Source: Parcubacteria group bacterium (GTDB lineage: Bacteria > Patescibacteriota > Patescibacteriia > UBA1558 > GWA2-36-10). Taken from it: a stretch of DNA of 64,000 nucleotides. The position numbers and the translations under genes were made by a program. Below the pieces are notes generated by a model. It was given only the letters and a program-made list of their open reading frames with translations, searched no databases and had not been told where the DNA came from. Within the stretch, counting starts at the first letter, position 1. Every line of letters starts with the position of its first letter. Below are positions 41,505 to 51,007 of the stretch, one piece after another. The stretch covers positions 77,768-141,767 of the forward strand of contig PQAE01000010.1 of the NCBI GenBank assembly GCA_003104935.1. Reading direction: 5' to 3'.

Positions 41505-41768
41505 TTAAGCAATAATTGTAGTTTTGGCTACAATCCCGTAAAAGTCGTCCAACTCTTTACTGAGAGCATTAATTTCCTTAGTCGTACCCTCCACAATAAG
41601 CGCCATCACTCCGGTGCAGTGCTTGATGCAGAGCCGGCTGGGATTTACGCCCAGACGAGCCATGATGATATGACCGTGCTCCGTCAGGATCTTTTGTACT
41701 TCCACGGCGTGAGATTGACGATCCTTCACTAAAATTGTAATTGTAGCTAAATGTTTTTTTAAAGCCAT
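41505..41768 (-). CDS. TM1266-like ACT/NikR-C-fold small protein
   Basis: I.I.V.DR....EVQKILTE.G.II.ARLG...G...L...G...EI..L..EL. Confidence 0.65.
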   Translation of the reverse strand: MALKKHLATITILVKDRQSHAVEVQKILTEHGHIIMARLGVNPSRLCIKHCTGVMALIVEGTTKEINALSKELDDFYGIVAKTTIIA

Positions 41769-41776
41769 ATAATTTT

Positions 41777-41851
41777 AGTTAAAAGTATAAAGTTACGAGT
41801 GAAAGGTTTCTCTAAATATAAATTTCTACTTTCTACTTTTTACTTGTTACT
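41777..41851. repeat. AGTnnnn heptamer array with inverted counterpart
   Basis: AGTTAAA AGTATAA AGTTACG AGTGAAA ... TTCTACT TTCTACT TTTTACT TGTTACT. Confidence 0.65.
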
Positions 41852-42501
41852 ATTAGGGTAAACTCTCCTTTGATTTGTTTGGGATCTTTATTTAAAATAT
41901 CCGCGATTTCCCGGGCCGTACCGCGATAAATAGTTTCAAATTGTTTGGTCAGTTCGCGTCCGATGATTAATTTTTTCGGACAATCTCTAAGTTGCTCCAG
42001 GGTTTTCATGATCCGATGCACTGATTCAAAAAATATAATCGGCTGATCGGAGTTTTTTATTTTTGTCATCAATGTCTGGCGTCCTTTTTTATGCGGTAAA
42101 AACCCTAAAAAAGAAAAATGATCCAGGGCAATGCCCGCTACCGAGATCAAAGCAGTCAGAGCCGAGACGCCGGGAATCGGCACTATTTTTTGCTCGGGCA
42201 ATTGCTGTAAAACTAATTCTATTAGTTTTCCGCCGGGATCGGAAACTCCGGGCGTACCGGCATCGGTGATCAGGGCTACCTTTTTATCCGTCTGCAGTAA
42301 GAGCTTTATCTTTTGCCAATCGCGGTCGCTACTATGTTGTTGCCAGACCAGAAGCGGTTTTCTGATATCATAGTGGGCCAAGAGCTTAGCACTGACCCGC
42401 TTGTCTTCCGCTAAAATATAATCCGCGCTTCGCAAAGTATCCAAAGCCCGCAGAGTCAAGTCCGCCAGATTACCGATTGGTGTCGCTACAATATACAACA
42501 T
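41833..42501 (-). CDS. rsmI: 16S rRNA C1402 2'-O-methyltransferase
   Basis: LYIVATPIGNL.D, DAGTPGVSDPG, RELTKQFE, KGEF. Confidence 0.96.
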   Translation of the reverse strand: MLYIVATPIGNLADLTLRALDTLRSADYILAEDKRVSAKLLAHYDIRKPLLVWQQHSSDRDWQKIKLLLQTDKKVALITDAGTPGVSDPGGKLIELVLQQLPEQKIVPIPGVSALTALISVAGIALDHFSFLGFLPHKKGRQTLMTKIKNSDQPIIFFESVHRIMKTLEQLRDCPKKLIIGRELTKQFETIYRGTAREIADILNKDPKQIKGEFTLIVTSKK

Positions 42502-42509
42502 TTAATAAA

Positions 42510-43544
42510 CTACTTACTGGGTTTATATTCCCGCCAATTTTCCACTAAAACCGAGATGGTGATGGTTAACGGCACGGCTAAGAGCGCACCTACTATTCCA
42601 AAAACTCGGGCGCCGGCCAGTAGCACCAGCAGAACCAGAAGCGGATTTAGTCCCGTGGCCTTACCCATCACGCGCGGCACAATCAACTGATTTTCCAACT
42701 GTTGGATAACGACGTAAACTACGGCCACGATCATAGCCATATTCCAGCTCTCCGCCAGCCCAAAAAATATGGCTGGCACGGCCGAAATAATCGGTCCTAA
42801 AAAAGGCACTATTTCAAACAGGCCGGCCAGTAGCGCCAAAACCAGAGCGTATTTAATGCCGAGCAAACTCAAAGCGGCATAAGACATAACAAAAATAATC
42901 ACCGACAAAGCGATCTGGCCGCGCAACCAGCTGCCTAAGCGCGTCTGAATCTGGGTGATAATCTGAGCTACTAAAGCCCGCTTTTCACCGGGCACAAAGG
43001 AACAGATAAATTTAGTCACTCCCCGCTCCTCCACAGTCAGATAAAAAGTCATCATCAGTAGCAGAAAAAAACCGACAATTCCACCGAAGACAGAAGTCAC
43101 TATACCGATGATAGACGAGGTCGCCACGGTCAATCCCTTGGTGATACCGCCGATGCTGGAGCCGATGGTATTGCCGATAGTCTGAGGTGTAGTCAGATTT
43201 TCCAATCCGCTAATATTGCGCCAGCTACTCGTCACATGATTATAAAATTCGGGAAAGGCCCGAGCCATATCCATAATCTGCTCGACAATAGGCCCGTACA
43301 GCAGAAAGACGCATGAACCAATTAAGGTAAAAAAGAACAAGTAGGCGGCAATGATGGACAAGGCCCGCGGTATTTTTAACCGGTGCAATCGGTCCACCAA
43401 AGGATCAAAGGTGGCGGCAATAATCACGGCGATAAAAAACAAAATCAAAACATTTTTTATTAGATAAATAAAACCCAGTAGAAGCAAAATCAAAATAAAT
43501 CTGATGATGGTTCCGCTGGTGATAGACACGCCTTTGTTGGACAT
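42510..43544 (-). CDS. AI-2E family transporter
   Basis: WLRGQI, IVPFLGP, QQLENQLIVPRVMG, GALLAVP. Confidence 0.9.
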   Translation of the reverse strand: MSNKGVSITSGTIIRFILILLLLGFIYLIKNVLILFFIAVIIAATFDPLVDRLHRLKIPRALSIIAAYLFFFTLIGSCVFLLYGPIVEQIMDMARAFPEFYNHVTSSWRNISGLENLTTPQTIGNTIGSSIGGITKGLTVATSSIIGIVTSVFGGIVGFFLLLMMTFYLTVEERGVTKFICSFVPGEKRALVAQIITQIQTRLGSWLRGQIALSVIIFVMSYAALSLLGIKYALVLALLAGLFEIVPFLGPIISAVPAIFFGLAESWNMAMIVAVVYVVIQQLENQLIVPRVMGKATGLNPLLVLLVLLAGARVFGIVGALLAVPLTITISVLVENWREYKPSK

Positions 43545-43546
43545 AG

Positions 43547-44815
43547 CTATTTTGTTAATATTTTTATAAATTTATTTTTGTTGACAAAAGGTCCGATGAT
43601 GGCCAGATTGGCCTGCGACCAGTTAACGACCTGCTTTGCCAAAACATTTGTCTGACTGGTTGTTATTTTATCCAGCTCGGCCAGTTTGGCGCGCACGTCT
43701 TTAATTTTTTGGCCGTAAAGCTCCTGTTCGCTTAAAAAATTTACGTGAGAGTGAGCATCCTCCATACGCAATATTACCCGGCCGCGGATATTTTCCTTGG
43801 CCTTTTTTAGTTCGTCCGAACTGATGCCTTTATTTTTTATTTTATTCAACTCGGCTTTGATAGTGTTCAGGGCTTCGTAAATTTTTTCTTTATTTAAACC
43901 CGCCGCCACTACCAAGGCACCAATATCTTCGTAGCCCTGAGCGCTACAGTGGATAGAATAGCACAGCCCTCTTCTTTCACGAATCTCTAAGAACAAACGC
44001 GAACTCATATTGCCGCCCAAAATATTGGCCAGCACCTGATAGGCCAGATATTTTTTATCTATGGCAGACACATTGGGGAAACCCAGCATCAGCTGGACCT
44101 GCTCCGACTTTTTAAAGCGGATATCGACGACCGGCCGGCTTTGCCGGACTAAATTAACCTTCTTTATTTTCACCCGGCTGGCTCGGCGAGTGACCGGAAA
44201 ATAACGGCTGAGTAATTTTAATATTTTGCTCTGGTCAAAACGTCCGGCCACCGCGATGATCACATTGCCGTTGTAATAATACTTTTTGTAATAATTATAA
44301 AGCGCCTGACGGCTGAGACGGCGGATATTTTCCCGGGGTCCGGCAATATCGCGACCCAAAACCGTGTTCCGAAATATCAAATCTTCAAATACATCTTCAA
44401 TATGCATGCGCGGATTATCTTCATACATGTTTATCTCTTCAATAATCACGCCACGCTCCCTGTCCATTTCCGATTTATCAAACTTGGAATTATGTAACAT
44501 ATCGGACAAGACATCAAAAGCCATCTTGATATTTGTGCTAGCCGCGGTGATATAGTAGCCGGTGGCTTCCTTACCGGTAAAAGCATTATACTCCGCTCCG
44601 ACGGCGTCTAATTCTTTGGAGATATCTACGGTGTTGGGACGCTGGGTCGTACCCTTAAACATCAGGTGCTCCACAAAATGAGAAACGCCGTTGACGGCAT
44701 TACTTTCCTGGCGACTGCCGACTTTAAAAAGCACTTGCACGGTCACAGCTTGGGTGTCCTGGCGCGGGGCCAGTAAAATCACGCTACCGTCTTTTCTGAC
44801 AATTCGTTTAAACAT
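43547..44815 (-). CDS. M16 family zinc peptidase
   Basis: HFVEH inverted zinc motif, NAFT, SSRLFLEIRERRGLCY. Confidence 0.93.
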   Translation of the reverse strand: MFKRIVRKDGSVILLAPRQDTQAVTVQVLFKVGSRQESNAVNGVSHFVEHLMFKGTTQRPNTVDISKELDAVGAEYNAFTGKEATGYYITAASTNIKMAFDVLSDMLHNSKFDKSEMDRERGVIIEEINMYEDNPRMHIEDVFEDLIFRNTVLGRDIAGPRENIRRLSRQALYNYYKKYYYNGNVIIAVAGRFDQSKILKLLSRYFPVTRRASRVKIKKVNLVRQSRPVVDIRFKKSEQVQLMLGFPNVSAIDKKYLAYQVLANILGGNMSSRLFLEIRERRGLCYSIHCSAQGYEDIGALVVAAGLNKEKIYEALNTIKAELNKIKNKGISSDELKKAKENIRGRVILRMEDAHSHVNFLSEQELYGQKIKDVRAKLAELDKITTSQTNVLAKQVVNWSQANLAIIGPFVNKNKFIKILTK

Positions 44816-44838
44816 GTATATCTAAAATAACAAAATAA

Positions 44839-46224
44839 TTAATTAAGTTTTTCCCGAAAATAATTGTCCAATTCTACTATGGCTACACGATCCTGTTTCA
44901 TCGTGTCGCGATCGCGGACAGTTACTTTCTTGTCCCCTAAAGTATCAAAGTCTATGGTCACGCAATAGGGTGTACCGATTTCATCTTGGCGGCGATAGCG
45001 ACGGCCGATAGCCTGTGTCTCGTCATACATCAAACGGTACTGGCCGGCCAACGCGCTATAAACTTCCTTTGATTTGCTGTTTAATTCTTCTTTTTTGGAC
45101 AGAGGCAAGATGGCGATCTGCACCGGAGCTAATTTGTGGTGCAGGTGCAAAACTACTTCCGACTCTTTGGTACTTTCCGTGGTCGTGGTCCGTCCGCCTT
45201 TGACTTCTTCATAAGCTTCTATTAAAAAGGCCAACATACTGCGGTCCACGCCTACTGAGGTTTCCACAATATAAGGAATATAATCTTTATTATCAGCGTC
45301 CTTAATGGTTAATTTTTGCTTAGAAAATTCTTGATGGCGAGACAGATCCCAATCGCCGCGATTATGAATACCCTCCATCTCTTTGAAAGTTTCGTTTTCG
45401 CTAAATTCAAATTTGTATTCAATATCCGTAGCTTTTTTAGCATAGTGCGCTAGCTCATCTTTTTCGTGGTCTCTAAATTTGATATGGTCTTTCTTTATGC
45501 CCAGTGATAGATACCAATCCATTCTCAGTTTTTTCCACTGATCATAATATTTGTCCGCTGTTTTCGGCTCCACAAAATATTGCATTTCCATCTGCTCAAA
45601 CTCGCGCATGCGGAAAATAAAATTGCCCGGCGTAATTTCGTTGCGAAAAGCTTTGCCGATCTGAGCGATACCAAAGGGTATCTTCATGCGCATACTATCT
45701 ATCACATTGAGAAAATTGACATAGATACCCTGCGCAGTTTCCGGCCGCAGATAAATCTGATTAGCCTCTTCTTCCAAGGGACCCATAAAAGTCTTAAACA
45801 TCAGATTAAACTGTCGAATGTCAGTCAGCTCCCCGCCGCAATTCGGGCACTTCACCTCTCTTACATCCAAGGGTTTGTTTTTTCCAAAATCTGGCTTAAT
45901 GCCCTTTTGTTCCAGTAGATGATCGGCTCGCCAGCGCATCTTGCATTTTTTGCAGTCCACTAAAGGATCGCTAAAGCCCTCCACGTGTCCGGAAGCACGC
46001 CAGATCTGGGGATGCATCAGTATGGCTGAATCCAGACCGACGACATCATTCCGCGAAGTCATAAAGTCCCACCAGGCCTTTTTTAGGTTATTTTTCATGG
46101 CGACGCCAAGCGGGCCGTAGTCATAAATAGAGTTTAAACCGCCGTAAATCTCCGAAGACGGAAAAATAAAACCTCGCCGTTTGGCCAGATTCACTATTCT
46201 GTCTATTTTGCGATCATTTTCCAT
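44839..46224 (-). CDS. glyQS: Glycine--tRNA ligase (alpha2 type)
   Basis: [38 protein letters not shown]. Confidence 0.96.
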   Translation of the reverse strand: MENDRKIDRIVNLAKRRGFIFPSSEIYGGLNSIYDYGPLGVAMKNNLKKAWWDFMTSRNDVVGLDSAILMHPQIWRASGHVEGFSDPLVDCKKCKMRWRADHLLEQKGIKPDFGKNKPLDVREVKCPNCGGELTDIRQFNLMFKTFMGPLEEEANQIYLRPETAQGIYVNFLNVIDSMRMKIPFGIAQIGKAFRNEITPGNFIFRMREFEQMEMQYFVEPKTADKYYDQWKKLRMDWYLSLGIKKDHIKFRDHEKDELAHYAKKATDIEYKFEFSENETFKEMEGIHNRGDWDLSRHQEFSKQKLTIKDADNKDYIPYIVETSVGVDRSMLAFLIEAYEEVKGGRTTTTESTKESEVVLHLHHKLAPVQIAILPLSKKEELNSKSKEVYSALAGQYRLMYDETQAIGRRYRRQDEIGTPYCVTIDFDTLGDKKVTVRDRDTMKQDRVAIVELDNYFREKLN

Positions 46225-46307
46225 ATAAAAAATATTGCTTATGCTTTATAAACACTACGAATTATAACTAAAATAAGGGTAAAAATCAAGTTAGAGTATT
46301 AATAAAA

Positions 46308-46495
46308 CCCCCTCCCCCTACCGCTAGAGGCGGACAGGTACTAAGAGGGAGAAGGTGGGGGTCGCGGCCAGCCGCATTTGTTCATGGTCATTGCGAGGAC
46401 CCTGAGCAAAGTCGAAGGGGACGAAGCAATCTACAAGCTTTTAGATTGCCACGCCCTGACGGGCTCGCAATGACGGAGACCACGCGGCTGGCCGC
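46308..46495. repeat. Nested cluster of palindromic elements
   Basis: C-rich repeat with ACCGCTAGAGGCGGACAGG insert; GCGGCCAGCCGC/GCGGCTGGCCGC arms enclosing GTCATTGCGAG..CTCGCAATGAC, which contains CCCTGAGCAAAGTCGAAGGG. Confidence 0.8.
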
Positions 46496-46515
46496 ACAAA
46501 AAAAGTATCAAGAGA

Positions 46516-49203
46516 CTAAAATCCCTCCGCCTTCCTGACTTTGATTTCTCCCCCCACATCATAGACCACAGTATCGCGCCGGCCAAGTTTACCTTTGAGT
46601 AAAAATTCGGCCAGAGAATTATCCACTTTTTCCTGCACCAGACGACGCAGGGGCCGAGCGCCAAAGATTGGATCAAAACCGGCCCTTGCCAGCTCCTTCA
46701 CAGCCGCCTCCGTAGCTTCAAAGAAAATACCTTTTTCTTCCAATCTTTGTGCCACCTTCTTTAGTAGTAATCCAGTTATTTGTAATATCTCCTCAGGAGT
46801 GAGCGGCCGGAAAATAATCGTCGCGTCAAAACGGTTTAAAAATTCCGGACGGAAAATATTTCTGATTTCATCACGGATTAAAGCGTCTTTAAATTCTTCG
46901 ATGGTTTTGCCGGCTCTGATTTGATCTTGGATATAGGCCGTGCCGGCATTTGATGTCGCCACAATAATTAAATTGGTAAAATCTACCGTGCGACCCAGGG
47001 CATCAGTCAAGCGGCCGTCTTCCATCACCTGTAAAAATATATTTAATATGTCGGGATGGGCTTTTTCTATTTCATCTAAGAGCAAGAGAGCAAAGGGCTG
47101 ATGCCGTACTGCTTCGGTCAGTTGTCCGGCCTTGCCGCTGGCTACCGAACCGATCAGCCGATCCAGATTTTCCTGAGTCTGATATTCGCTCATATCTAAG
47201 CGGATCATATTTTCCTCGGCGCCAAAATATTTTTCCGCTACGGTCTTGGCCAGTTCGGTTTTGCCCACGCCGGTCGGACCTAAAAATAAAAGATTGGCAA
47301 TGGGACGTTTTTTGTCGCGCAGTTCCGCCCGCGCCCGACGCAAAGCCGTGGCCACTTGTTTAACCGCCTCATCCTGCCCGACTATGCGCTTATGGATTTC
47401 TTCTTCTAGATTTAATAGTTTAGTGGACTCGGCCGCTGTCACCTGGGTCAGTGGTATATTGGTCTTATGACTGACCAGGACCGCAACGTCCTCGGCTCGG
47501 ACCAGAGGATCTTGGCGCTTGGTCTTGGCCACCATGATACCTACTTCGTCCATCAGATCAATGGCTTTCTTGGGTAATTGCTGGTCCGGCATATAGCGAT
47601 CAGATAGATCGTATATTTTTTCCAGCGCATCGTAGGTAAAATATACTCCGTGCTTGGCTTCCACAGTGCCGACATGAGCTTCCATCATCTTGATGGCCTG
47701 ATTTTTATCCGGCTCGTCCACCATGATTTTTTTCAAAGTATGGCCCAGTTCCGTGCCTTCGATAAAAGCAGTATATTCCTTATTTGGTATACTGGCGATA
47801 ACGATGATATTGCCCTGCCGGATTTCACCGGCCAGTACCGCCGCCAGATCTATACCCTGACTACTGTCCGATGAAACTCCAACCAGGTGATGGATATTAT
47901 CAATATAGAGAATAATATTTCCGGAAATGGCCGACTCGCGTAAAATCCCCAAAAACCTCTCTTCCAGTACGCCACTGCCGGTGGCTCCGGAAATCAAAGC
48001 CGGCACCGACACGCTGACCAGTCGTTTATCCTGAAAAAGATCCGGCACTTCTTCAGCCATCATCTTATTGGCTAGGCCGTCAACTATACTATCCTTGCCC
48101 ACGCCCGGCTCACCGATCAATATCACGCTGGACAAGTCGCTCTCAATAGTAGTGACTAACTCGGCCAATTCTTTATCCCGAGCCACCATCGGGGGAAAAT
48201 AGCCCTTTTTAGCCAACAAGGTCAGGTCTTCCGAAAAAGTATTTAAAAGCGGAGTGGCGATGGCGGTATAGGCCCGGTTCATCCCCGACTTGGGTTTGAA
48301 ACTGGCCCGAGCCCGAAAGTGACGATAGCGTTCTATAAGTTCCTTGTTTATATTGACCCAGGTGATGACGTTATCAATCTTGTTTTCGTCTATACTAAAA
48401 TCATAAAAAAAGTTTTTTATTTCTTCACTGGCCACGACTAGGCCGCCCAACAAATCTACCTCGGTCATCTGCCGGCCCTGTCGTTCGGTCATATGCATGT
48501 AGGCATTGAGCAAAGCATCGCGCACGTTCTTGGTCAGTCCGCCGATATCCGCCTCATCCTTAACCCAGACGGACAGATGATCATCGATGCGGTCGCGCAG
48601 ATTTTCGGTGCCCACTCCCAAACGGGCCAAAACCATGCGCACATCCCGATCATTTAATAAGATGTACAATAGATGCCAAACGCCGACCGGAAAAACTCTT
48701 TTAAATTTAGCGTACAGCCAGGCTTTGTCTAAGATCTCTGCAACTTCTTCCGTCAGACTGTCGGCGATGTTATGTTTGACAAAGACATTTCTGTCCCGCA
48801 GATTGGCCGTTAATTTTTTTGCCCGGCTGGCGGCACTACTTAGACGGTAATACAGATACATGTCTAAGAGAACTAGTAACCACAGATAAAAATTTATGTT
48901 GCTGGGACTGTTGAGATAAATCCATAAGGCGTGCGGATCAAAACTAGCGCTGTTTAAAATAACGTAGCCCACAATAATAGTCAGGATCACCGCCACGATC
49001 AAAAAACCGTTGATAATCAGATTGGCTGTGCGCTTAAATGAGGCTACAAAGATACTGCCGTAGCTGAGCTCCTTTTGCCAATACAAAAAATTATTATTGC
49101 TGACAAAATATTCTTTTTGGCCAAAACAAACATCACACTGCTTGCCGCCGGAGCGACCCTGTTCATCACAAGCCCGACATTGGTCAAACTTTATACTGGC
49201 CAT
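46516..49203 (-). CDS. Membrane-anchored ClpA/B/C-like AAA+ ATPase
   Basis: CRAC..CDVC, two TM helices, Clp N-like repeats, GEPGVGKD, GPTGVGKT, LLDEIEKAH, FRPEFLNR, GARPLRR. Confidence 0.88.
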   Translation of the reverse strand: MASIKFDQCRACDEQGRSGGKQCDVCFGQKEYFVSNNNFLYWQKELSYGSIFVASFKRTANLIINGFLIVAVILTIIVGYVILNSASFDPHALWIYLNSPSNINFYLWLLVLLDMYLYYRLSSAASRAKKLTANLRDRNVFVKHNIADSLTEEVAEILDKAWLYAKFKRVFPVGVWHLLYILLNDRDVRMVLARLGVGTENLRDRIDDHLSVWVKDEADIGGLTKNVRDALLNAYMHMTERQGRQMTEVDLLGGLVVASEEIKNFFYDFSIDENKIDNVITWVNINKELIERYRHFRARASFKPKSGMNRAYTAIATPLLNTFSEDLTLLAKKGYFPPMVARDKELAELVTTIESDLSSVILIGEPGVGKDSIVDGLANKMMAEEVPDLFQDKRLVSVSVPALISGATGSGVLEERFLGILRESAISGNIILYIDNIHHLVGVSSDSSQGIDLAAVLAGEIRQGNIIVIASIPNKEYTAFIEGTELGHTLKKIMVDEPDKNQAIKMMEAHVGTVEAKHGVYFTYDALEKIYDLSDRYMPDQQLPKKAIDLMDEVGIMVAKTKRQDPLVRAEDVAVLVSHKTNIPLTQVTAAESTKLLNLEEEIHKRIVGQDEAVKQVATALRRARAELRDKKRPIANLLFLGPTGVGKTELAKTVAEKYFGAEENMIRLDMSEYQTQENLDRLIGSVASGKAGQLTEAVRHQPFALLLLDEIEKAHPDILNIFLQVMEDGRLTDALGRTVDFTNLIIVATSNAGTAYIQDQIRAGKTIEEFKDALIRDEIRNIFRPEFLNRFDATIIFRPLTPEEILQITGLLLKKVAQRLEEKGIFFEATEAAVKELARAGFDPIFGARPLRRLVQEKVDNSLAEFLLKGKLGRRDTVVYDVGGEIKVRKAEGF

Positions 49204-49573
49204 AAAAAATTCTAAAATTATAATAAAGGCCGGCGGCCACGATCACCGGCAAAACGACCCAAAACAATACTACCAGCAGGTAGAAAATCACCAGCAGTAA
49301 AAACAGTATTAGCCGGCCGAGTACTAAAATAAAACGCATGAACAAGCTAATCAGTCGCCCGGTCCGGTCCTGCACTCCGAACATAGGTTTAAAAAAATTT
49401 CTAAGCAATAACCCGAGAGCCAGATCGCGATTGGTATTTTTTACCGAACGGATAAAAAACAGGATAATTTTAAACAACCCGGCGGAATACCACCAGATAG
49501 GAAAATACAAAACCTCTCCGATCAGGTCGATGATCAGGGTCTTAAAAGCCTGAACTACTATATTCTGCGTCAT
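49184..49573 (-). CDS. Small membrane protein overlapping the Clp ATPase gene
   Basis: FPIWWYS.G, NFFKPMFG..D..GRLIS..MR plus TM helices; 20-nt overlap. Confidence 0.75.
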   Translation of the reverse strand: MTQNIVVQAFKTLIIDLIGEVLYFPIWWYSAGLFKIILFFIRSVKNTNRDLALGLLLRNFFKPMFGVQDRTGRLISLFMRFILVLGRLILFLLLVIFYLLVVLFWVVLPVIVAAGLYYNFRIFYGQYKV

Positions 49574-49664
49574 CGCTATAAATTATAACATTTTTTTGAT
49601 TTAAAAAAAAGAAACAAAAAAAGCAGTTTCGACCGCTTCTGTCAAAGTGCCAATACCCCGACAA

Positions 49665-50171
49665 TTAGGGGGCGTAGGTTGGAAACTTGGCTTTAGACGG
49701 CGCTTCGATAGAATTCCCGGAGTAACTGGTGCAAGATCCAAAAGCAATAATATCGTTTGTCAACCGGGTAGTGTAAAAACCGGTATTGGGACTGGTGCTC
49801 TGCTCGTCCTGCGGTAGACTGGCAAAATACTTACCCACAAAAGTGCCATCATCCAAGGGCACGCGCGGCTTACTGACGCCAGCACAGGTGAGCTCGCCGC
49901 CGGCGGCGGCGGTCAGCACCAGTTTATCATTATAATTATTGGTGGTGATACTAAAATCCGAAGGAATGGCGGCATTGTCCAAAACATACATATCCAAAGA
50001 GCTGGCTAAAGCGCGGACAGTGGCCCAACGCTTGGCATCCATGGCTTTATTTACTTTATCCTGCCCGTTTTCTATAAAAGTAAGGGCGGCGATGGATAAT
50101 AAAGATATGACGGCCACCGCTACGATCAGTTCAATCAGGGTTACTCCTCTGTTTTCACGTAACTTAAACAT
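49665..50171 (-). CDS. Type IV pilin-like protein
   Basis: Prepilin motif RG|VTLIELIVAVAVI, KAMDAKR, YFASLPQD. Confidence 0.85.
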   Translation of the reverse strand: MFKLRENRGVTLIELIVAVAVISLLSIAALTFIENGQDKVNKAMDAKRWATVRALASSLDMYVLDNAAIPSDFSITTNNYNDKLVLTAAAGGELTCAGVSKPRVPLDDGTFVGKYFASLPQDEQSTSPNTGFYTTRLTNDIIAFGSCTSYSGNSIEAPSKAKFPTYAP

Positions 50172-50220
50172 AAGATAATTATAACATACAAATAAAAAAA
50201 TAATCCCGTGTTAACCCGGC

Positions 50221-50472
50221 TTACACCCGGGGAGCAGCGATATTGGCTTGATTAAATTTTCTCAAGATACTGGTGCTAATGATAAAAGCCAGTAAAAAGA
50301 AACAGGCGCCGTAAAAGCAAGGGGTGAGAAATGGATTGACTAGGCCCTGGGCACAACCGGTGGTGCAGGCGCGCTTGTTCAACCAATCATTGAGCTCAAT
50401 GCCAAAATTGGTCCAGGCAAACAAAGTCCCGGCAAGCAGGATGAAAAATTCGGTGATAATTAATTTTTTCAT
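50221..50472 (-). CDS. Small two-TM Cys-containing membrane protein
   Basis: TM-CTTGC...NPFLTPCFYG-TM. Confidence 0.6.
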   Translation of the reverse strand: MKKLIITEFFILLAGTLFAWTNFGIELNDWLNKRACTTGCAQGLVNPFLTPCFYGACFFLLAFIISTSILRKFNQANIAAPRV

Positions 50473-50484
50473 ATATTTTATCAA

Positions 50485-50997
50485 TTAATTAGCTAAATAG
50501 TCCACTTTGTCTGGCATATCTTGACCACTTACTTCTATTATTTCGACAGGTTGTGCGGACTCAGCCGAGCGCCATTCCATGCCCTGCTCGTTTTCAAATG
50601 GCTTAAATTTATCTCTTGCCAAAACATAAACATAGCCCTTGGCTGTTTCAATCTTGGGACGAGCATCTTCAGATACTTCAAAATGTAGTGATACTTTTTT
50701 GTTTTCTTCATCAATATCAGCTCCAAAAGAGCTGGAATGTGGCATCTTAATATTTTCTCCATTTATAATGGCTCTAAATATTGCCACGTCCGCATAAGGC
50801 GACGCCGCCACAGAAGGTTCGCCGTGGGGAATCGCTTTGCCTTCGGGCTCTGGGGCATTGTATGCTTGACGCGGCTCCAATGTTTCAATTTTATACGGCG
50901 AACCGTGAAATACATAAAGGCCGCTAGCTTCTAACTCGGCCAAACGCGTCCTAGCATCAAAATTTTCTTGTCTTGTATTTACCCGCTCAAAATTCAT
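50485..50997 (-). CDS. Hypothetical protein, possible ADP-ribosyltransferase-like fold
   Basis: VFHGS....LEPR, ASPYA..A, GYVYVL....F, EWRS....P..IIEV. Confidence 0.55.
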   Translation of the reverse strand: MNFERVNTRQENFDARTRLAELEASGLYVFHGSPYKIETLEPRQAYNAPEPEGKAIPHGEPSVAASPYADVAIFRAIINGENIKMPHSSSFGADIDEENKKVSLHFEVSEDARPKIETAKGYVYVLARDKFKPFENEQGMEWRSAESAQPVEIIEVSGQDMPDKVDYLAN

Positions 50998-51007
50998 TTT
51001 AGAATCA

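Noticed and set aside
45155-45210. [12 protein letters not shown] segment in GlyRS as another repeat insertion
   Set aside because: No palindrome or similarity to the element families; it lies in the variable linker before the anticodon domain
46431-46676. ORF 46431..46676
   Set aside because: Overlaps the Clp gene out of frame and runs into the REP cluster
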